DNA of 36,290 nt from an uncultured Gammaproteobacteria bacterium. Its GTDB lineage: Bacteria; Patescibacteriota; Patescibacteriia; CAZVIU01. The DNA lies in NCBI GenBank assembly GCA_964626935.1, contig CAZVIU010000003.1:1-36290 (forward strand). The letters are read 5' to 3'. Shown here piece after piece: positions 15,221 through 20,628 of this stretch; the first letter of the stretch is position 1, and every line of letters starts with the position of its first letter. The position numbers were made by a program, and so were the translations under genes. The notes under the pieces are model-generated. The model saw only the letters and a program-made list of their open reading frames with translations, made no database searches and was not told the origin of the DNA.

Positions 15221-16495
15221 CGAGTTGTAATCTTCAGCACCTTCTACGAGCCCTTTATGTCTGGGGCCGAACGAATGGTTAAAGAAGTAGTAGAGCGGTT
15301 GCAAGAGCGCTATTCGTTTATAATTGTTACTTCTCGTTTAAGACGCAATTTGCCCCAGTTTGTTGAGGTCGAACATCGACGCACTTTGCAGCGAGCAGGA
15401 GCGAGCGAAAGAAGGAGGTTCGACCTCGATGACAGTCGAATTAAAATTGTGCGGATCGGTTTTGGTTGGAAATTTGATAAATTTTTGTATCCAATTCTCG
15501 CGCCGTTTTACGCATTAAGATATAGGCCGAAGATTGTTCACGCGATAATGGAGAGCTACGCGGGAATCGCGCTTTTAGTTTATTCGTATCTCGCCAAACT
15601 TTCAAAACCCTTAATTCTTAATTCTCAATTCTTAATTCTAACCTTACGGCGGAGATCGAATCTCGACGCACTCTGCAGCGAGCAGGAGCGAGCGAAAGAA
15701 GGAGATTCGATCTCGCATAAAAATGTATTCACCATTCTAACACTCCAGAGCGGTGACCTTGACCTACCAGAAAAACAGGCGCGGATTCCTAGGTGGCTTT
15801 GGAAGCGAATACATTGTGCGCCCAATCTCATAGTTTCTATTGGAAATTCAATGGCCGAGCGTGCAAGAAAGTTGGGAGCAAAGAGTGTTCGAGTTATTCC
15901 CAACGGTGTTAATCTTACGGAGGTCCGACCTCCAAATATACGGAGGTCGGACCTCCGTCAACATCATATTGTATGTGTTGCCCGTCTTTCTCCTGAAAAG
16001 GGAATTGAATATCTAATCGAAGCAATGCCCTTCGTAATAGCGCAATACCCTGATGCCGAGCTGGTTTTGGTGGGAAATGGCGCATTGAGAGAAAAGCTAC
16101 AAGCTACAAGCTACAAGCTACAAGCTCATGTTGAGTTTAGAGGCACGTTATCTCATGAGAAAACTCTTGAAGAAATGGCCACCTCTGATATTCTCGTTTT
16201 GCCATCTTTAGCCGAGGGCATGGGCATTGTGTTAGTCGAAGCTCAAGCGCTCGGCGTTCCAGTAATCGGTACTAATGTTGGCGGTATTCCAGATGTTATT
16301 GAGCACGAAAGAACAGGCCTGCTCGTGCCGCCACATGACCCGCGCGCAATCGCGCAAGCAGTCATTCGCTTATTTCATGATCACGAACTAAGAGAACGCA
16401 TGGTTGTTGAAGCGGAAACGCGTCTTCTTAAATTTGATTGGCAGAAGATCGCGGAAGAATATAGGAACATTTATGATCAGGTATCAAGCGTATAA
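15215..16495 (+). CDS. GT4-family glycosyltransferase carrying five in-frame repeat insertions
   Basis: The C-terminal motif is ILVLPSLAEGMGIVLVEAQALGVPVIGTNVGGIPDVIEHERTGLLVPP, and ARLSPEKGIEYLIEA is present. The N-domain is interrupted by repeat-encoded segments (see repeats at 15365, 15611, 15652, 15917 and 16094). Confidence 0.85.
   Translation: MTRVVIFSTFYEPFMSGAERMVKEVVERLQERYSFIIVTSRLRRNLPQFVEVEHRRTLQRAGASERRRFDLDDSRIKIVRIGFGWKFDKFLYPILAPFYALRYRPKIVHAIMESYAGIALLVYSYLAKLSKPLILNSQFLILTLRRRSNLDALCSEQERAKEGDSISHKNVFTILTLQSGDLDLPEKQARIPRWLWKRIHCAPNLIVSIGNSMAERARKLGAKSVRVIPNGVNLTEVRPPNIRRSDLRQHHIVCVARLSPEKGIEYLIEAMPFVIAQYPDAELVLVGNGALREKLQATSYKLQAHVEFRGTLSHEKTLEEMATSDILVLPSLAEGMGIVLVEAQALGVPVIGTNVGGIPDVIEHERTGLLVPPHDPRAIAQAVIRLFHDHELRERMVVEAETRLLKFDWQKIAEEYRNIYDQVSSV
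15365..15427 (+). repeat. 63-nt hairpin element, copy 1 (GAGGTCGAAC-N43-GTTCGACCTC)
   Basis: It has a 10-bp perfect stem and is translated EVEHRRTLQRAGASERRRFDL, with element position 1 at codon position 1. Confidence 0.9.
15611..15640 (+). repeat. Heptamer array TTAATTC x4.3 inside CDS
   Basis: TTAATTC TTAATTC TCAATTC TTAATTC TA is translated LILNSQFLIL. Confidence 0.9.
15652..15714 (+). repeat. 63-nt hairpin element, copy 2 (GAGATCGAAT-N43-ATTCGATCTC)
   Basis: The core CGACGCACTYTGCAGCGAGCAGGAGCGAGCGAAAGAAGGAG matches copy 1, which differs at one position within it (the Y). It is read in a different frame, as RRSNLDALCSEQERAKEGDSIS. Confidence 0.9.
15917..15957 (+). repeat. Two adjacent copies of palindrome ACGGAGGTCSGACCTCC inside CDS
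   Basis: Copies lie at 15917-15933 and 15940-15957 and are translated TEVRPPNIRRSDLR. The arms resemble the stem of the 63-nt element. Confidence 0.9.
16094..16127 (+). repeat. Heptamer array (AAGCTAC)x4 perfect plus a partial unit, inside CDS
   Basis: This is a direct read, translated KLQATSYKLQA. Confidence 0.95.
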
Positions 16496-16562
16496 TGTCA
16501 TCGCGAGGCAGAAGGCCGTGGCGATCTTTATAAAGATTGTAACGCTTTTGCTCGCAATGACA
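16496..16562. repeat. Intergenic inverted repeat TGTCATCGCGAG / CTCGCAATGACA with internal palindrome
   Basis: The stem is 12 bp with one mismatch. The loop contains the perfect palindrome ATCTTTATAAAGAT (16524-16537). It starts 1 nt after the stop codon at 16493-16495, so it is a possible terminator or processing structure. Confidence 0.7.
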
Positions 16563-16572
16563 TGACTGACGA

Positions 16573-17880
16573 ATGAAGATTTTAATAGCAACAGGAATTT
16601 ATGGAGGTTTGGGAGATATAGGTGGCCCGGCAATATATTCAGAGTCTCTTGCGCGAGAGTTGATTAAGCGCGGGCACAAAGTGACCGTTGTTACTTATTC
16701 TAGTTCATATAAATCCGAAATCCGAAATCCTCCGCCAAAGGCGGATCAGTCTCTGACTGAGAAATCCGAAACAAATCCGAAATCAGAAATTCAAAACTCT
16801 AATTTTTTATTAGTACGAGTTCAACGCGAATTACCACTGCTATTGCGGTATAGTTTTTATAAATTGACAGCACTCTGGCACGGATGGCACGCAGATATCA
16901 TATACGCTCAAGATTCAGTTTCTGCAGGATTTCCTACAATGTTGGCTAATCTAATTTTGCGAAAACCATTTATTTTGAAAGTTATTGGCGATTATGCGTG
17001 GGAGCAGTATCAAAATCAAAAATCAAAAATCAAAAATCAAAAATTAGGTATGTTGCCAAGCAGTATTGATCATAATGGTTTGTCGCTAGACGATTTTTTA
17101 AATGAAAAACCCAGTGGCAAGATTAAGGCTTTTTGGAATATTGAAAGATGGGTGGCAAGACGCGCCAACAAGATTATTGTGCCGAGCAATTATCTAAGAG
17201 GCGTGGTGCAGAAGTGGGGGATTCAATCAGCCAAGATTGAGGTGATTTATAATTCTTTTGACTGGAGCTCATTACAAAACTCGATCTCTAAAGTTCCGGT
17301 CGAGACCCCAGAGGCCACACCGCATGATACTATCTATTCAGTCGGTCGTCTTGTTCCGTGGAAAGGATTTGATACGTTGATTGAAATAATGCCCGAGGCA
17401 TTGAAAGAAAAACCAAATACAGAGCTCGTGATCTACGGCGATGGACCGATGCGTGAAGGTTTAAGATTTAAGATTAAAGATTTAGGATTAGAGACTCATG
17501 TGAAACTTTTGGGAAGAATAGATCACGCGAAGCTCTTGGAAGCCTTGCAGGGTGAGCGCAAGTTTTTTGTGCTTAACAGTTCGTACGAAGGTATGTCTCA
17601 TCAAATTTTAGAGTGTCAGGCTTTGAAAATTCCTTGCGCGGTTAGCCGCGTCGGCGGAAATCCGGAAATTGTGGAGAACGAAAAAACTGGTTTGCTTTTT
17701 GAATATAATAATAAAGAACAGATCAAAAACGCAATCATACGACTGCTTGACGAGCAAGCACTCGTCGAACATATAAGAGAAAAAGCCTATGCACAGATTA
17801 AAGATCGGCACGATTTTAATCAAATGATTGAAAAAACGATAACCGTACTCCAATCCACACTATCATACTATATAGTATGA
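16573..17880 (+). CDS. GT4-family glycosyltransferase carrying in-frame repeat insertions
   Basis: The N-terminus is KILIATGIYGGLGDIGGPAIYSESLARELIKRGHKVTVVT. GRLVPWKGFDTLIE is present. The C-terminal motif is FVLNSSYEGMSHQILECQALKIPCAVSRVGGNPEIVENEKTGLLFE. Confidence 0.88.
   Translation: MKILIATGIYGGLGDIGGPAIYSESLARELIKRGHKVTVVTYSSSYKSEIRNPPPKADQSLTEKSETNPKSEIQNSNFLLVRVQRELPLLLRYSFYKLTALWHGWHADIIYAQDSVSAGFPTMLANLILRKPFILKVIGDYAWEQYQNQKSKIKNQKLGMLPSSIDHNGLSLDDFLNEKPSGKIKAFWNIERWVARRANKIIVPSNYLRGVVQKWGIQSAKIEVIYNSFDWSSLQNSISKVPVETPEATPHDTIYSVGRLVPWKGFDTLIEIMPEALKEKPNTELVIYGDGPMREGLRFKIKDLGLETHVKLLGRIDHAKLLEALQGERKFFVLNSSYEGMSHQILECQALKIPCAVSRVGGNPEIVENEKTGLLFEYNNKEQIKNAIIRLLDEQALVEHIREKAYAQIKDRHDFNQMIEKTITVLQSTLSYYIV
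16711..16800 (+). repeat. 90-nt composite module: AAATCCG array, two hairpins, AAATCNG array; exactly 30 codons
   Basis: AAATCCG AAATCCG AAATCCT is followed by TCCGCC-AAA-GGCGGA, then TCAGTC-TCT-GACTGA, then AAATCCG..AAATCCG AAATCAG AAATTCA AAACTCT. It is translated KSEIRNPPPKADQSLTEKSETNPKSEIQNS. Confidence 0.9.
17011..17044 (+). repeat. Heptamer array (CAAAAAT)x4 perfect, preceded by CAAAAT, inside CDS
   Basis: This is a direct read, translated QNQKSKIKNQK. Confidence 0.95.
17460..17494 (+). repeat. Degenerate heptamer array TTTAAGA x5 inside CDS
   Basis: TTTAAGA TTTAAGA TTAAAGA TTTAGGA TTAGAGA is translated LRFKIKDLGLE. Confidence 0.8.
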
Positions 17881-17887
17881 TAGTGTG
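17856..17887. repeat. Perfect 32-nt palindrome spanning the stop codon of the GT4 gene
   Basis: CACACTATCATACTAT|ATAGTATGATAGTGTG. The TGA stop at 17878-17880 lies in the right arm. It encodes the C-terminal tail STLSYYIV and is a candidate terminator hairpin. Confidence 0.9.
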
Positions 17888-17926
17888 AGGTTCAGTTAGA
17901 TTGTCGCTGTTTCTACGGTGATAACT

Positions 17927-19153
17927 ATGCGGGTTTTAATAATAAGTCTTGATCAATCAATCCTAGATCCGGCGTCAGAAGCGCGAAGCAGGATGTTGGA
18001 ATATGCGGCGCTCGCAGATGGTTTATATGTTTTTGTATTTGCGAAACGCGGATCTACACGCGGATCTTCTCGCGCGGATCTACACGCGGATCAGAATTTA
18101 TTTATATATAGATTCAGTGCAAGCACTGTCGGTTGGATTAAGGCGTTATTTTTCGGTAGACGACTCGTGCGCGAAAAACAAATTGATGTAGTAAGTTCGC
18201 AGGATCCCTTTGAAACCGGCCTACTCGGATATCTAATTGTTAAATTGATGCACTTTCATACTATAAAGTATGAAAGTGCCAGTACAGTAGGTTTGAATGT
18301 GCAGTTGCACGGGGACTTTTATGGAAATCCATATTGGCGAATTGAACAATTATTGAATCGGTTGCGGTGGCATCTTGGATTATTTGTTATGCGTCGCGCT
18401 GGCAGCATTCGTGTTGTTAGCGAAAGAATAAAACAAAGCTTAGAAGCAAGAATTAAGAATCAAGAATTAAGGATTATCAAGGCTCCTATTTATACGGACA
18501 TAGAATTTTTTCGTACTGCCAAACCGATTTTCAACTTGAAAGAAAAGTATCCACAATTCAATTTTATAATTATCACCGTTGCTAATCTTGTGCCTGTTAA
18601 AAACTTAGAATTTCTTATTAACGCGATGAAAAAGCTGCATGAAATTTTAACCAATGCCGGATTGGTGATCGTCGGTGATGGTCCACTCCACAAAAAGCTA
18701 AAAGCTAAAAGCTACAAGCTACAAGCTAACAATTACATTATTTTTGAGGGTACGCAAAAAGGTTTAGTTTCATATTATAAAGGTGCTGATTGCTTGGCGC
18801 TTGTTTCCAAGTACGAGGGTTGGGGCAGGGTAGTGGTGGAGGCCGTCGCTAGCGGTTTGCCCATTGTGATGAGTGATGTTGGGTTAGCGGGAGAATTGAT
18901 TAGGGACGAAGAGAGCGGTCTTGTTGTGCTGAAGCGAAACTTCGACCAATGGAAGTTTCGCTTCGATCAGAACGCCGAAGATGACCTAGTTCGCGCGCTT
19001 TCACAAGTCTATTTTAACGAAAATTTAAGAAAAAAATTGATTGCTGGCGCGACAAATGCCTTGCAGCAGTTACCCTTAAAACAAGAAACACTAGAGTTGA
19101 TTAAAAAGTCGTGGGAGCTTGCAACGCGTAAAAGCAACGGTATTCACGATTAA
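17927..19153 (+). CDS. GT4-family glycosyltransferase carrying five in-frame repeat insertions
   Basis: MRVLIISLDQSILDPASEARSRMLEYA is the N-terminus. The C-terminal motif is LALVSKYEGWGRVVVEAVASGLPIVMSDVGLAGELIRDEESGLVV. ATG 17927 is preferred over GTG 17918. Confidence 0.85.
   Translation: MRVLIISLDQSILDPASEARSRMLEYAALADGLYVFVFAKRGSTRGSSRADLHADQNLFIYRFSASTVGWIKALFFGRRLVREKQIDVVSSQDPFETGLLGYLIVKLMHFHTIKYESASTVGLNVQLHGDFYGNPYWRIEQLLNRLRWHLGLFVMRRAGSIRVVSERIKQSLEARIKNQELRIIKAPIYTDIEFFRTAKPIFNLKEKYPQFNFIIITVANLVPVKNLEFLINAMKKLHEILTNAGLVIVGDGPLHKKLKAKSYKLQANNYIIFEGTQKGLVSYYKGADCLALVSKYEGWGRVVVEAVASGLPIVMSDVGLAGELIRDEESGLVVLKRNFDQWKFRFDQNAEDDLVRALSQVYFNENLRKKLIAGATNALQQLPLKQETLELIKKSWELATRKSNGIHD
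18047..18092 (+). repeat. Four copies of CGCGGATCT spaced 12/14/12 nt inside CDS
   Basis: CGCGGATCTACA CGCGGATCTTCTCG CGCGGATCTACA CGCGGATC is translated RGSTRGSSRADLHAD. The first two copies are read as R-G-S and the last two as A-D-L. Confidence 0.9.
18250..18279 (+). repeat. Hairpin GCACTTTCATACT-ATAA-AGTATGAAAGTGC inside CDS
   Basis: It has a perfect 13-bp stem and is translated MHFHTIKYESA. It shares the TCATACTAT..AGTATGA core with the palindrome at 17856-17887. Confidence 0.9.
18448..18475 (+). repeat. Heptamer array AAGAATT x4 inside CDS (same family as 13383 and 15611)
   Basis: AAGAATT AAGAATC AAGAATT AAGGATT is translated RIKNQELRI. Confidence 0.9.
18695..18729 (+). repeat. Heptamer array AAGCTAM x5 inside CDS
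   Basis: AAGCTAA AAGCTAA AAGCTAC AAGCTAC AAGCTAA is translated KLKAKSYKLQAN. The family and protein position match 16094-16127. Confidence 0.95.
18931..18964 (+). repeat. Hairpin GAAGCGAAACTTC-N8-GAAGTTTCGCTTC inside CDS
   Basis: It has a perfect 13-bp stem and is translated KRNFDQWKFRF. It shares the GAAGCG/CGCTTC core with the REP-like family at 3181-4211. Confidence 0.9.
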
Positions 19154-19164
19154 CGCGTTAAAAT

Positions 19165-19199
19165 AAAAAAGCTCGGGAACCCCGAGCTATGTATTTTTT
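19165..19199. terminator. Bidirectional rho-independent terminator between convergent genes
   Basis: An A6 tract precedes the hairpin AGCTCGGG-AAC-CCCGAGCT (19170-19188). ATGTA and a T6 tract follow. Confidence 0.8.
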
Positions 19200-19278
19200 A
19201 ACGTACTGCGGCATCAGGTGTAAATGATTATATGGCCTTTTCTAAAATCTATATAACTGCTTCGTTAAGGTAATCTTT

Positions 19279-20427
19279 TTAAGATGTCGTTCTGCCTGCG
19301 GCAATTTGTGCGTTGCTATAGCCTTCCTCATCGGTTACATCTTTCTGTGCCCTGATAAATGGAGGCACAATGAACTCCGTGTTCTCTTCAGTCAATTCAA
19401 TTTCCAAAATAGTTAGATCTGCGGGGACAATAAATTCGTCAAGATGAAAATATTGACTTCGGTAAGCAAATGAGTGTCGGCGTTTTTTAATCGTTACAAG
19501 ACGTGTATCACGATCTTCAAGGAGCGCGGCGTACTCGCGGCTAGAAATAATACGTTCGGTTTTGTACCAGGTTCCCGGGCCAATTTTCTTTTTTTCTGTG
19601 TATGTATAGAGAGTGCTTTTTGAGTCTACGCCGTACATTCTTGCTCGTACGCGGCGTTCAGCGCCAGAGTCTCCGGAATTTAGATATGTTTGTTCAATGG
19701 TGATCGTTGTTCTAGGCGTTGCTACGTCGTGCATGTCGAGTGTAACAAGAAAACGGCGAGCAATTTGGAGTGGCGCCGGAATATCGAGCGCGTGACATAC
19801 TTCAGCAACAAGTCGTTCCATTTTTTCATCAAAAGTTATTTTTTCCTCAACACCGATGATAATTTTTGTGTTACCGATAATGCGCAGATGTGGGTGTCCC
19901 ATCCAGGCGGAAAGCGTTGCGGTATCGCGTGCCATGGCGGCTTCAAGCGTTTTTTCGTATCGGGCTGGATTATCAAGATTGTAAAATTCTGGAGCGCCGT
20001 CTGCCGCAGTTACAAGGTGAATGACTGCAGTATAGCGTTCATCGCCAATAGTGCGCGGATCATATCCAAGTCCAGAAACAATGTTATCAAATACTGCCGC
20101 ATCAATATACGCTCTTCCATCCCTGAATCCACGATCACATACAAGGGCTTTCTTGCTCCCTGGTTGAATGCAGGCAAATCGTTTCCAGGCGTCCTCAATG
20201 CCGAGTTGAGTTCGCGCAATTTCTTTTTGAAATGCCGCATTCAAGGCGTGGTCCCCGACAATATCTTGAATATGCACACCACTTGTTAAAACGAGTGTAG
20301 CAACTTCTGGTACAAGAAATGGGGTTATACCAAATTCAGGTAGTTTTTGCATGAGAATAGAAAGTCCAGTGGATTTGCCAGCGCATGGCCCACCAGTTAA
20401 AACAATCCTAGGGATATGGTCGGTCAT
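19279..20427 (-). CDS. P-loop NTPase (AAA_28/NadR-kinase-like) fused to a C-terminal CYTH (triphosphate-tunnel) domain
   Basis: Walker A is VLTGGPCAGKST and Walker B-like is ALVCDRG. The C-terminal half carries CYTH-type strands: QIARRFLV (at the EXEXK position, degenerate), IEQTYL, RRVRAR, IKKRRHSFAY, YFHLDEF and ILEIEL. A canonical SD (AAGGAG) lies 9 nt upstream of the ATG. Confidence 0.7.
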   Translation of the reverse strand: MTDHIPRIVLTGGPCAGKSTGLSILMQKLPEFGITPFLVPEVATLVLTSGVHIQDIVGDHALNAAFQKEIARTQLGIEDAWKRFACIQPGSKKALVCDRGFRDGRAYIDAAVFDNIVSGLGYDPRTIGDERYTAVIHLVTAADGAPEFYNLDNPARYEKTLEAAMARDTATLSAWMGHPHLRIIGNTKIIIGVEEKITFDEKMERLVAEVCHALDIPAPLQIARRFLVTLDMHDVATPRTTITIEQTYLNSGDSGAERRVRARMYGVDSKSTLYTYTEKKKIGPGTWYKTERIISSREYAALLEDRDTRLVTIKKRRHSFAYRSQYFHLDEFIVPADLTILEIELTEENTEFIVPPFIRAQKDVTDEEGYSNAQIAAGRTTS

Positions 20428-20628
20428 CTTGGGCGTCTCCTTTTTAGTTGTTAAGGTCCGTCATCCTGTCCCTACTATGGCACTACACACATTCAAAAGT
20501 CAATAGTGACTGATTGAGGCTAAGCGCCAATCATCTGTCTATGATGGCTTACGAAGCTCGTTCTAGTTGCATAAATTATAAATAAACATTAAGATTATTT
20601 CAGGTCATTGAAATAAGGGAGGCGCACA

